From a bacterium (GTDB taxonomy: Bacteria > Patescibacteriota > Minisyncoccia > Phycocordibacterales > Phycocordibacteraceae), in assembly GCA_021849125.1 (NCBI GenBank), contig JAJZTG010000005.1, positions 1-55,573 on the forward strand: a DNA stretch of 55,573 nucleotides, given 5' to 3'. The notes under the pieces were generated by a model, which saw nothing but the letters and a program-made list of their open reading frames with translations, made no database searches and was not told where the DNA came from. Made by a program: the position numbers and the translations under genes. This document shows, piece after piece, positions 17,293-25,755 of this stretch (within the stretch, counting starts at the first letter, position 1; every line of letters starts with the position of its first letter).

Positions 17293-17994
17293 ATGACTCT
17301 CGCCACCCTTGGGTACGCGTTTTTGGGCGGGCTCTTGCCGTCCCTGATCTGGCTCTACTTCCTCCTCCAAGAAGACGCGCGGCACCCAGAGCCGAAGACC
17401 CTCATCGCGCTCACTTTCGTGACGGGTATGGCCGCAGTACCGCTTGCGATCCCGCTGGAGCAGCTTGCCGCGCACACCTTTGGCAAAGGAATTCCTTTGC
17501 TCGTTTCTTGGGCCATCATCGAAGAAGTTCTCAAGTTCAGCATGGCGGCTATCTTCATACTCTGGCGTCCGGCCGTCGACGAAGCGGTCGATTTCGTGAT
17601 CTACATGCTCACGGTCGCGCTCGGTTTTGCTGCGGCGGAAAACATGCTCTTTCTGCTTGCGCCGATCTCTGACGGTCACATCGCTTCGAGCATCCTCACT
17701 GGCGATATCCGTTTCTTGGGTTCGACTCTTCTCCACGTCGTCGCATCGGCGACCATCGGTTTCGCTATCGCCTTCTCAAGAAAATACTCTTTCCCGACCC
17801 GTGTCTTTTCTGTCGTAAGCGGACTTATCCTCGCTATCACGTTGCATACGGCCTTCAACGCCCTTATCATAGAAGCAGGCACTTCGACTACTCTTGCTGC
17901 GATATCTCTCGTCTGGACCGCCGCGGTGATCTTCTTCGCCGCGTTCGAGGTGTTAAAATATTTCCAATACCGTAATCAACCAACTAATCCTTAA
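17293..17994 (+). CDS. prsW: PrsW-family intramembrane metalloprotease
   Basis: Multi-pass membrane protein with WAIIEEVLKF (EExxK), GFAAAENMLF and HVVASATIG motifs. Confidence 0.75.
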   Translation: MTLATLGYAFLGGLLPSLIWLYFLLQEDARHPEPKTLIALTFVTGMAAVPLAIPLEQLAAHTFGKGIPLLVSWAIIEEVLKFSMAAIFILWRPAVDEAVDFVIYMLTVALGFAAAENMLFLLAPISDGHIASSILTGDIRFLGSTLLHVVASATIGFAIAFSRKYSFPTRVFSVVSGLILAITLHTAFNALIIEAGTSTTLAAISLVWTAAVIFFAAFEVLKYFQYRNQPTNP

Positions 17995-17999
17995 TCATC

Positions 18000-18503
18000 A
18001 TGGCCACGAAACGCTCCTTCTTCGAACGACTCTCCGGCACCGCCTCTATCGACGATGCATTCGACGCGTTTGATGACGAACTCCCTACGGCAAGCCTTCC
18101 TGTCCGCGACGACTCGCGTGGCTCCGAGCTCCCGACCACAACGATGCTCCCTGAGGAAGGTTCCGCTAACGGCGAAGGCCAGCTCCCTGTCGACGTCTAC
18201 CAGACGCCTAACGACATCATCGTCCGCTCTTTCGTCGCAGGCGTCCGTCCCGATGAGCTCAATATTTCCATAAGCCGGGACATGGTGGAGATCGAGGGCA
18301 CCCGCTCCGAGCGCGAGCAGATTTCCGGCCCTGATTACTTCTCACGTGAGCTCTTCTGGGGCTCGTTCACCCGGACGATCCTTCTCCCTCAGGAAGTCGA
18401 CGTGGAAGCTTCCACCGCAAGCGCCAAGGACGGGCTTCTCACTATCATCCTCCCCAAGCTCGACAAGGCACGCCAGACCAAGATCAAGGTCAAAGCGGGC
18501 TAA
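18000..18503 (+). CDS. Hsp20/alpha-crystallin small heat-shock protein
   Basis: LPVDVYQT...I.V...AGV..D.L.I......V.IEG.R......F.R...LP..VD...A..KDGLLTI.LPK pattern. Confidence 0.85.
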   Translation: MATKRSFFERLSGTASIDDAFDAFDDELPTASLPVRDDSRGSELPTTTMLPEEGSANGEGQLPVDVYQTPNDIIVRSFVAGVRPDELNISISRDMVEIEGTRSEREQISGPDYFSRELFWGSFTRTILLPQEVDVEASTASAKDGLLTIILPKLDKARQTKIKVKAG

Positions 18504-18506
18504 GCC

Positions 18507-19589
18507 CTATTTCAACGTTATAGTCATAAGCGTGAGCGGCGTGTCTGTCCACGCTACCGTAAAGGGCAAACGACGTATGCGGAGTCCGTCTGACGTGATT
18601 ACGCTCACCCGCCACTGCCCCTCCTTGTCTACCGTTACTGTCGAATAGCCTCGATATCCGTCATCGCGACCGCCTGCAATCGGGTACGTGATCGCCGCCT
18701 TAAGCACCCAGGTCTTCGTACGCGGGTCGTACCACTCCCATCGATGCGTGATAGCGGTCGTAAGCGCTGTCGGCGCGAAAACGGCCGAGTATGCGGCAAG
18801 CGGCTCACCCGGAGCGACATGTAAGGTTCGCGGGAAATTAAGGAACCGTACTCTCCACGATTCCTCTTCGCTCACAGCTTGATAGGTTCCGGCGACACGC
18901 GAAACATCATGATAAATACCTGCTGCCGGTGCGGCGAGCGGTAAGGGCGGCAGGACGCTAGTGAAATAAAAGAGGTTCATGAGCGCGAGGACTCCGAACG
19001 CGCCTAGACGGATGCGCCATATATCGTGCGTAAACCGCTCGCGTACAAAAAGGCGCAAGAGCACCGTAAAGAGAGCGAAGACCGCGATCGCCCCCAGACC
19101 GCTCGCGAGGAACGTCCATCGGCTTATGGTGCCGGTCACGATAGGGATCGCGAATATCGCGTATGCATAGAGTGCAAGGAAGAACAGCACGCTCGTGAAT
19201 ACCAGCCGGCCGTGGTAGCGACGGAAATACTCGTTTCCGAGAAACACTGCGATGAGAAAAAGCACGAACGGCCACGACGAACTCCAGTCCGCCGCGCGTC
19301 CGTAGAAGATGACGAAACCGCTCCAGAAACCGCCGAGAGCGAACTGGGTCGCAAGCGGGAGGAGAAGTCGTGCTCGCGGTGACGGCTTTCCTTGCTCGGC
19401 ACGTATCTCAAGCGCATGCCAGAGCGGGATCGTGACGAAGCAGATAGTGATATAGCCTATGAAGACCGCTTGCGTTTGCCAGAGATCGATACGGCTGAAA
19501 ACCAGGTTATCCGTGACGAAGCCGGCGACCATCGCTAAGGCGGAGAGGTGGCGCTCGTGATTCTTAAGCCAAGAAAAAATCGACTGCAT
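18507..19589 (-). CDS. polytopic membrane protein with a C-terminal beta-rich extracytoplasmic domain (DUF2914-like)
   Basis: About 8 hydrophobic segments, then a C-terminal domain ending GQWRVSVITSDGLRIRRLPFTV. I chose start ATG 19589 because codons upstream of it overlap the terminator of the preceding gene. TATACT -10 lies upstream. Confidence 0.6.
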   Translation of the reverse strand: MQSIFSWLKNHERHLSALAMVAGFVTDNLVFSRIDLWQTQAVFIGYITICFVTIPLWHALEIRAEQGKPSPRARLLLPLATQFALGGFWSGFVIFYGRAADWSSSWPFVLFLIAVFLGNEYFRRYHGRLVFTSVLFFLALYAYAIFAIPIVTGTISRWTFLASGLGAIAVFALFTVLLRLFVRERFTHDIWRIRLGAFGVLALMNLFYFTSVLPPLPLAAPAAGIYHDVSRVAGTYQAVSEEESWRVRFLNFPRTLHVAPGEPLAAYSAVFAPTALTTAITHRWEWYDPRTKTWVLKAAITYPIAGGRDDGYRGYSTVTVDKEGQWRVSVITSDGLRIRRLPFTVAWTDTPLTLMTITLK

Positions 19590-19607
19590 ATGTCTCCAGT
19601 ATACAAA

Positions 19608-19638
19608 AGAAAAAACCGATGGCGCTTGCGCCATCGGT
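19608..19638 (-). terminator. rho-independent terminator of the 19653..20459 gene
   Basis: On the minus strand ACCGATGGCGC-AA-GCGCCATCGGT is followed by TTTTTT. Confidence 0.7.
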
Positions 19639-19652
19639 CTGGTGCTTACACA

Positions 19653-20459
19653 TCAGCGAGAGATAAACCCACCGGCATATCCGCGTTGAGGAACGCCAAA
19701 GATCCGGACGAGCCCTTGCTCCGGACCCCACGATTCCATGAACGCGATGATCGTGCGCTTTTCCGCATATCCGGTGAGGGTATATTTCTCCGCAGATCGC
19801 ACATGATCACCGTGTCGCAGAAGTACGGCGAAGCCGCCCATCGCCGCAGCGAACTGCGCTGCAAGGTACTCGAACGAGTACCCTTTTCCGAGATGCTGGT
19901 GACGGAAATCTTTCACCCGCTGATTGCCTATCATGACTTCAGGCGCAGCGGTGAATGCGCATCGGAAATCGTTCACAGATGCCCAGATGTCACTTCCGAG
20001 TCTGCCCGTCTCTTTCGACATCTCGCTAACCCGCATATGTATGATTTCCTCAGGTTCGACACCTTCGCACATGCCGCAAGCGGCAGCTGCGAAACAATGA
20101 TCGAACGCCGCAACGACGCGAGCGTCAGGACCGGGTGCCAGTCCGAGCAGAGCATGAAGCTGCCCGATACTTGAAGCCTCCCAGAACCGATCGGGACCGA
20201 GCGCAAAACCGGGATCGCCTTCTCGATGATGGTCAATGGTTGTCGTCGAGGACGGCATGCCATGGAACGCACACTCGATCACGACAAGCTCGCATTCGTT
20301 GGGTACGGTAACAGGATCGATCCGATAAGAGTTTCCCGGGGTGGCCCGGACCCCTCCCACGGTCGCATAGGCAAACGGAATGCCGTTTTGAGCGAGTAAT
20401 CGCTCTACTGCTTGCATCTCAGGGTCATCTGCCCCTAGCAAGAATAGCTGTATCGCCAT
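19653..20459 (-). CDS. hypothetical protein with DHH-like motifs
   Basis: 268 aa with LLGADDPEM near the N-terminus, TTIDHHREGDPG, and C-terminal GVPQRGYAGGF. The resemblance to DHH phosphoesterase motifs is weak and judged by eye. Confidence 0.5.
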   Translation of the reverse strand: MAIQLFLLGADDPEMQAVERLLAQNGIPFAYATVGGVRATPGNSYRIDPVTVPNECELVVIECAFHGMPSSTTTIDHHREGDPGFALGPDRFWEASSIGQLHALLGLAPGPDARVVAAFDHCFAAAACGMCEGVEPEEIIHMRVSEMSKETGRLGSDIWASVNDFRCAFTAAPEVMIGNQRVKDFRHQHLGKGYSFEYLAAQFAAAMGGFAVLLRHGDHVRSAEKYTLTGYAEKRTIIAFMESWGPEQGLVRIFGVPQRGYAGGFISR

Positions 20460-20543
20460 TTCAATCTCCTCACGTGATGTATGTTGTCGAGAACTGTATT
20501 ACCTGTTTTTAAAGTAACACACGAACGCAATTGCGTCAAAATG

Positions 20544-20616
20544 TGCTTGGAGTCGGGCTTGAACCGACGACCCCTTCCTCTTCAGGGAAGTGCTCTACCA
20601 ACTGAGCTATCCAAGC
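20544..20616 (-). tRNA. tRNA-Phe (anticodon GAA)
   Basis: GCTTGGA/TA/GCTCAGTTGGTAGAGC/A/CTTCC-CTGAAGA-GGAAG/GGGTC/GTCGG-TTCAAGC-CCGAC/TCCAAGC/A. Confidence 0.92.
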
Positions 20617-20621
20617 GTCTT

Positions 20622-20912
20622 TTACGGGGCTTTGCCCGCTTTATAGGAGTTTATCAGGTTTTGTATTTCAGCGGAAGTCGGGATCCCAAAGAGGCCGGTC
20701 GTGGTCGCTCCGGGAGTCGCGGAGAACTTATCGACAATCGGCTGGAAGTATTGCTGGTAGAGGTAGAGCGGGAGCGCGAGGACGATAACCCAGATGACTA
20801 TCTTGACGATAAAGCCGAGCCATTGATGACGCCGGATAGCGTGGAGCATCTGATGGTTATCCTTGGCAAGAGCTTTTATCTCGTCGAGCTCGCGTTTCAA
20901 TTCCGGATCCAT
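20622..20912 (-). CDS. small membrane protein (96 aa) of unknown function
   Basis: N-terminal amphipathic helix, then one TM segment (WLGFIVKIVIWVIVLALPLYLY). TATACT lies 7 nt before the ATG. Sandwiched between tRNA-Arg and tRNA-Phe. Confidence 0.5.
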   Translation of the reverse strand: MDPELKRELDEIKALAKDNHQMLHAIRRHQWLGFIVKIVIWVIVLALPLYLYQQYFQPIVDKFSATPGATTTGLFGIPTSAEIQNLINSYKAGKAP

Positions 20913-20938
20913 GCGAATAAGTATAACAGATAGTTCTG

Positions 20939-21010
20939 TGCCCCCGGCAGGAATCGGACCTACATCAGCTCGTTAGGAGTGAGCCGTTCTATCCATTGAA
21001 CTACGGGGGC
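20939..21010 (-). tRNA. tRNA-Arg (anticodon CCU)
   Basis: GCCCCCG/TA/GTTCAATGGATAGAAC/G/GCTCA-CTCCTAA-CGAGC/TGAT/GTAGG-TCCGATT-CCTGC/CGGGGGC/A, with one A-C mismatch at 31-39. Confidence 0.85.
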
Positions 21011-21190
21011 GAAGCGAGGCAAAAAGCAACACTATGCGATTGTTTTTTCGCCGAGTGAGCCTCCGTATCTGCGTTTTGCAGATACGGAGGCGAAGTGAAG
21101 AGAAGAGTAACACGAAGTGATTACTTTTCCTCCGAACGAGCTCCCGTATCGAGACCTTGAAGATACGGGGGCGTGGAAGCAGGGTAACAC

Positions 21191-21224
21191 AAAACGCGCC
21201 CTGCGGAGAGCAGGGCGCGTTTTG
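21191..21224. terminator. bidirectional terminator downstream of the glutaredoxin-like gene
   Basis: AAAACGCGCCCTGC-GGAGA-GCAGGGCGCGTTTT. Confidence 0.7.
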
Positions 21225-21235
21225 TGAAAGAAGAC

Positions 21236-21475
21236 TTACGCGATGCCGAGTGCCGAAACGAGACGCTCTTGATCGAAACCGATGATCATCTCGTCGCCGA
21301 CGAAGATAACCGGAACGCCCATCTGACCGGACTTGCTTATCATCTCCTGGCGCTTCTCGAGGTCCTGAGCTACATCGTAGTCAGTGAAAGCGATGCCCTT
21401 TTCCTTGAGGAAATCCTTGGTCATCTGGCAGAAGTGGCACGTAGGCGTGCTGTAAATCGTAACGTTTTTATCCAT
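21236..21475 (-). CDS. glutaredoxin-like (NrdH/YruB-type) thioredoxin-fold protein
   Basis: 79 aa with YSTPTCHFCQ (CxxC) and GVPVIFVGDEMIIGFD. Confidence 0.85.
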   Translation of the reverse strand: MDKNVTIYSTPTCHFCQMTKDFLKEKGIAFTDYDVAQDLEKRQEMISKSGQMGVPVIFVGDEMIIGFDQERLVSALGIA

Positions 21476-21529
21476 GTATTGATGTGATTACCCTGCAAGT
21501 ATATCACTCCTAGTTATCCACAGCTAGCA

Positions 21530-21901
21530 CTGGTGCGGGTACCGGGGTCTCAACCGAGGGATTGGGAATCCGTAGGATTTCAGAACGGTATTCGCACTTT
21601 GTGCGGGATACGAGAATCGAACTCGTGCCTAGTGCGCGGGAATGAAAGTCTGTAGGGCTTTCATCGGTTTTCCGTAGGAAAACCGGTTCTGCCACTTAAC
21701 CTAAGCTGTGCGGGTACCGGGAATCGAACCCGGGTCTCAACCGAGGGATTGGGAATCCGTAGGATTCCCAACGGTATTCGCACTTTGTGCGGGATACGAG
21801 AATCGAACTCGTGCCTAGTGCTTGGGAAGCACTCATTCTGCCACTAAACTAATCCCGCACAAAAAGCGAATGCCGGTTCTGCCGACTCAAACCATACCCG
21901 C
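21530..21901 (-). repeat. duplicated tRNA-like module: two copies of about 180 nt, including split and degenerate tRNA-like pieces around tRNA-Gly
   Basis: 21534-21706 and 21709-21901 align over most of their length. Only 21788-21858 folds as a canonical tRNA (see finding). Confidence 0.6.
21788..21858 (-). tRNA. tRNA-Gly (anticodon CCC)
   Basis: GCGGGAT/TA/GTTTAGTGGCAGAAT/G/AGTGC-TTCCCAA-GCACT/AGGC/ACGAG-TTCGATT-CTCGT/ATCCCGC/A. Confidence 0.88.
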
Positions 21902-21902
21902 A

Positions 21903-22241
21903 TTAAAACCATGAGAACAGTTTTTGCCACCAGGACAAGGGCGTGGTCGTCGTCGCCGGTGTTGGTGGCACTACTACGATAACCTCTTCCCCAGGACGCG
22001 CAACCCCGAAGGCGGTCCGGATCGCTGCTTCCTGTCCGCGTGGCGTCGCGAGTGCCGCAAGATTGCCTTCGACCTGCGTCTTACGCTCCTCCATCGTCTG
22101 ATACTGCCGTTTTGCATCGTTTGCCTGCGAAACGGCGATATGCGCCTTCTCCGCAAGACCCCAGATGAGCGAGACCAGCCAGAAAATGATGAGGAGCAAG
22201 AAGCCGATGAGCATCCCTCGTTGCCACTCTTTCGCGCGCAT
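21903..22241 (-). CDS. FtsB/DivIC-like septum formation initiator (bitopic coiled-coil protein)
   Basis: One N-terminal TM segment followed by a coiled-coil (AKRQYQTMEERKTQVEGNLAAL) and the ...AIRTAFGVARPGEEVIVV tail typical of the family. Confidence 0.6.
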   Translation of the reverse strand: MRAKEWQRGMLIGFLLLIIFWLVSLIWGLAEKAHIAVSQANDAKRQYQTMEERKTQVEGNLAALATPRGQEAAIRTAFGVARPGEEVIVVVPPTPATTTTPLSWWQKLFSWF

Positions 22242-22254
22242 ACGGACCAGTATA

Positions 22255-24051
22255 CTACCCTTCCGTCTGGACCATCTTCATGAAGACCTCTTCAGGGATA
22301 TGGACCTTCCCGGTCCCCCGCTCGAGCATCTTCTTCTTGCCGCGCTTCTGCTTGTCGAGGAGTTTGTTCTTGCGCGAGACGTCGCCGCCGTAGAGATACC
22401 CGGTCACGTCCTTACGCATCGCCGAAAGCGACTTCGAGGCGACGATACGCCCCAAGGCGCGTGCTTGGATCTTGGTGACGAAGAGCTGCTTGGGCAAGGT
22501 CCCGTGGAGCTTCTCGACCATTTTCTCGGCTTCCTCTTGCATACGCCTGCGTGCCACCACGCGTGCGAATGCCGGTACCGGCTCCTCAGCGACAAGGATG
22601 TCGAGACGGACGACGTCAGCTGGACGCTCGGGCATAAGCTCATACGAAAGCGAGGCGTAGCCGGATGAGATGTTCTTGAGCGTGTCGAAGAAGCCGCGCA
22701 TAAGTTCCCGAAGCGGCATTTCCACGACCATCTCGATACGGCCATCCTGGAAGGTTTCCGTCGAGACCGTTTCCGCCTCATGGTCATACAGGAGCTGTAC
22801 GAGACTCGAAAGAACGTCTGGCGGAACGATGATGATGACCTTGGCCCATGGTTCTTCAATCATTTCGATCTGGCCATGCTCGGGGAATTTGGCGGGCGTA
22901 TACACGACCTCGCGCACGCCGTTTGTGGTGGTCACCGAGTACGAGATGGTCGGGATTGTGACGATGAGTTGCAGCCCGAACTCACGACGCAAACGCTCCG
23001 TGACGATCTCGAGATGCAAGAGACCGAGGAAGCCGCAACGGAAGCCGCGCCCGAGGACGCCTGAAGACTCTTCTTCAAAGGAAAGCGAGGAATCGGAGAG
23101 ACGCAGACGTTCGAGCGACTGGCGCAGGAGCGGAAGGTCATCCTGGCTCTCCGGATAGACCGATGCCCACACGACCGGACGTGGACGCTCATAGCCCGCA
23201 AGCGGCGGAAGTGCCCCTCTCACCGCACCGACCGTATCGCCCACCGCCACCACGCCCGGCTCCTTGATACCGGTGACGATATAGCCGATCTCACCGGCCG
23301 AAAGCGAGTCCGCAGGGGTCTCTTCGGGCGTAAAGATACCGGTTTCAAGCGCGACGAATTCCTTCCCTGCCGCATGAAAGACGAGCGGCTGCCCCTTCTT
23401 GAAGACACCGTCGAACACGCGCAGGTAGACCGCAACGCCGCGATGTTTCGAATACGAGAAGTCGAAGACGAGACCGCGTGGCTCGTTCCCTTCAAAACCC
23501 GCAAGCGAGTGCGGAGGAGGAATCCGCTTGATGATCGCATCAAGCAGTTCGATGACGCCCGCTCCTGTCTTGCCCGACACGGCGATGACCTCATCTTTGG
23601 AAACCTTGAGGAGGTCGGCAAGCTCGCTCGCTACCTCGTCGGGGCGAGCAGCAGGCGCGTCGATCTTCGAGACGACCGGAATCACGACACATCCTTGCTC
23701 TTGTGCTGCGGCAAGCGTCGTCAAAGTCTGCGCTTGCACCCCTTGCGTCGAATCGACCAAAAGGAGCACTCCTTCCACGGCTTTCAAGGCGCGTGAGACT
23801 TCGTACGAAAAGTCGATGTGACCCGGCGTGTCGATGAGATTGAGCGTATGGTTCTGATACTGCATGCGCACCGGCTGCATCTTGATGGTGATGCCGCGCT
23901 CGCGTTCCAGGTCCATGCGATCGAGCACCTGGTTACGCATCTTGCGTTCAGGGATTGCCCCAGTGCGTTCAAGCATGCGGTCAGCCAAGGTCGACTTACC
24001 GTGGTCGACGTGCGCGATGATGGAAAAGTTTCGGATAGAAGATTGGGTCAC
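22255..24051 (-). CDS. lepA: translation elongation factor 4 (LepA)
   Basis: [32 protein letters not shown], and the LepA-specific C-terminal domain. GTG start overlaps the murJ stop. Confidence 0.97.
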   Translation of the reverse strand: MTQSSIRNFSIIAHVDHGKSTLADRMLERTGAIPERKMRNQVLDRMDLERERGITIKMQPVRMQYQNHTLNLIDTPGHIDFSYEVSRALKAVEGVLLLVDSTQGVQAQTLTTLAAAQEQGCVVIPVVSKIDAPAARPDEVASELADLLKVSKDEVIAVSGKTGAGVIELLDAIIKRIPPPHSLAGFEGNEPRGLVFDFSYSKHRGVAVYLRVFDGVFKKGQPLVFHAAGKEFVALETGIFTPEETPADSLSAGEIGYIVTGIKEPGVVAVGDTVGAVRGALPPLAGYERPRPVVWASVYPESQDDLPLLRQSLERLRLSDSSLSFEEESSGVLGRGFRCGFLGLLHLEIVTERLRREFGLQLIVTIPTISYSVTTTNGVREVVYTPAKFPEHGQIEMIEEPWAKVIIIVPPDVLSSLVQLLYDHEAETVSTETFQDGRIEMVVEMPLRELMRGFFDTLKNISSGYASLSYELMPERPADVVRLDILVAEEPVPAFARVVARRRMQEEAEKMVEKLHGTLPKQLFVTKIQARALGRIVASKSLSAMRKDVTGYLYGGDVSRKNKLLDKQKRGKKKMLERGTGKVHIPEEVFMKMVQTEG

Positions 24052-25730
24052 GGTTGAGCTGGCTCTTCGGCTGACGGCGAAAGGACGCCGAGACGCTCGG
24101 CATGCGGCCGGAGCAGCCGACCGACGGCGCTTGTCACGATACGGAATTCCTCGTTCTCGAGATAGAAAAGCGCGGCTGCCGAAGCGGTAAGGCCCACGAT
24201 ACCAGCAAGCACACCTTGTGTGAAGACGGCAACCAAGGTGGTGAGTGGCGCAATGCCGCCCTCGATCATGAGAGTCGCATACGCCGCGACACCGCCTGCA
24301 ACTGCTGCGACGATACCGTCAGCAAGCGAGCGCGTAAGCGTCTTTCCGATACCGGGCGCCACGCCATGCAGGGCAACGAGCGAAAGCGCGGCTAGGAATA
24401 TCTGGCCTAACGTGGCAGCAAGCGCGACGAGCAAGATCGATGCGCCTGTGACATCTCCGACCTTGAAAAGCCACGCGAGAGCCGCAGGAAAACCGTCTGC
24501 GGGAAGTCTGAGGAACGCATAGGCTAGACCTGTCGTAAGGAACATGCCGGATAGCTGGTACAAGAACGGCCGCCACGACTGACGCGCAGCATAGAGCGCC
24601 CGCGAGAAAAGGAGCACTAGCCCTTGCGCGGCAAGCCCCACGGCAAGGATGGCGAGAAGCGCTGCAGTAAGCCGTGTCGCTTCCCAATCGAATGCTCCCG
24701 TACCGAGGATGACGCGTACGAGGTGAGCACGCAGCACGACGATGAGCCCGATCGCGACGGCAGACCAGAGGATGATATGGCGTGCGCTCACCGAGATGAT
24801 ACGTCGGAACTCATCGTGCTTGTTGAGCGCGGAAGCTTCGGAGAGCGCCGGGAATGCCGCGACAGCATACGAAGCACCGATGAGAGAAAGCGGTACTGCC
24901 TGCAGATTTCCAGCGAAAGTAAAAACCGACACTGCGCCTGTACCGATACGCGACGCAGCAGCGGTCAAGACGAGCGCGGTCACCGAACCCATACCGAGTG
25001 CGAGTGAACGCGGTACCGAGTCGCGAACGAGCGGCAGGAGGTAGCGCGGGTTTGGAATACGGAAGCGTAGCACGATACCGGCTTCTAGCATCGTCGGCAT
25101 ATTGACGAGCAGATGCGCAACCGCACCCAAGATTACTCCGACACCGATGCCAGCAAGACCCCAGAGCGGATAAAGAAAGACTATACCGAGGATGATACCG
25201 AGGTTGTAGAGGACCGGCGAGAGTGCAAAGAGCGCGAAGCGACGATGCACCTGCGTTACGCTGCCGAGCACACCCGAGAGACCGAGCAGGATCGGCTGCA
25301 AGAGAAGCATCCGCGCAAGTAGCACGAAACTTTCGCTTTCTTGCGAGGCGGCAAGACCCGGATATAGAAACGTGAGGAATTGCGGCATATAGACCGCGAG
25401 TGCCAGGCAGATTACACCTCCGAGCGCGAAGAGAAACGATGCGGACTCAGAGAGCAGGCGCTCCGTCTCCTGCTTATCCGCATGCATGATGCGCGGGATG
25501 ATGACGTACGCTGAGACGAGCGAAGCCACGAGCGCGAAGACCAGGTCCGGCACGCGGAATGCCGCATAGTACAGGTCGAGCGTCTGCCCCGCACCGAAGA
25601 CGTGCGCGAAGGTGCGGTCGCGCAGGAGCGCAAGAACCTGAGATGCTAAGGTGAGCGCGGCAAGCAGATACGCAGCCTGATGCAGGCCGCGTATCGGTGA
25701 AGCGATGCGCTCGAGAAATCTCCGTACCAT
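24048..25730 (-). CDS. murJ: lipid II flippase MurJ (MviN family)
   Basis: 560 aa with about 14 TM segments. N-terminal ...LALLRDRTFAHVFGAGQTLDLYYAAFRVPD is characteristic of MurJ. Confidence 0.9.
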   Translation of the reverse strand: MVRRFLERIASPIRGLHQAAYLLAALTLASQVLALLRDRTFAHVFGAGQTLDLYYAAFRVPDLVFALVASLVSAYVIIPRIMHADKQETERLLSESASFLFALGGVICLALAVYMPQFLTFLYPGLAASQESESFVLLARMLLLQPILLGLSGVLGSVTQVHRRFALFALSPVLYNLGIILGIVFLYPLWGLAGIGVGVILGAVAHLLVNMPTMLEAGIVLRFRIPNPRYLLPLVRDSVPRSLALGMGSVTALVLTAAASRIGTGAVSVFTFAGNLQAVPLSLIGASYAVAAFPALSEASALNKHDEFRRIISVSARHIILWSAVAIGLIVVLRAHLVRVILGTGAFDWEATRLTAALLAILAVGLAAQGLVLLFSRALYAARQSWRPFLYQLSGMFLTTGLAYAFLRLPADGFPAALAWLFKVGDVTGASILLVALAATLGQIFLAALSLVALHGVAPGIGKTLTRSLADGIVAAVAGGVAAYATLMIEGGIAPLTTLVAVFTQGVLAGIVGLTASAAALFYLENEEFRIVTSAVGRLLRPHAERLGVLSPSAEEPAQP

Positions 25731-25755
25731 GCAGGTATGATACCTCGCCTGCCGG

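Noticed and set aside
21059-21172. Two similar hairpins about 80 nt apart considered as a mini CRISPR-like or REP array
   Set aside because: There are only two units, of unequal length, and each is clearly derived from the tRNA-Arg 5' acceptor strand. Reported instead as a tRNA-fragment duplication.
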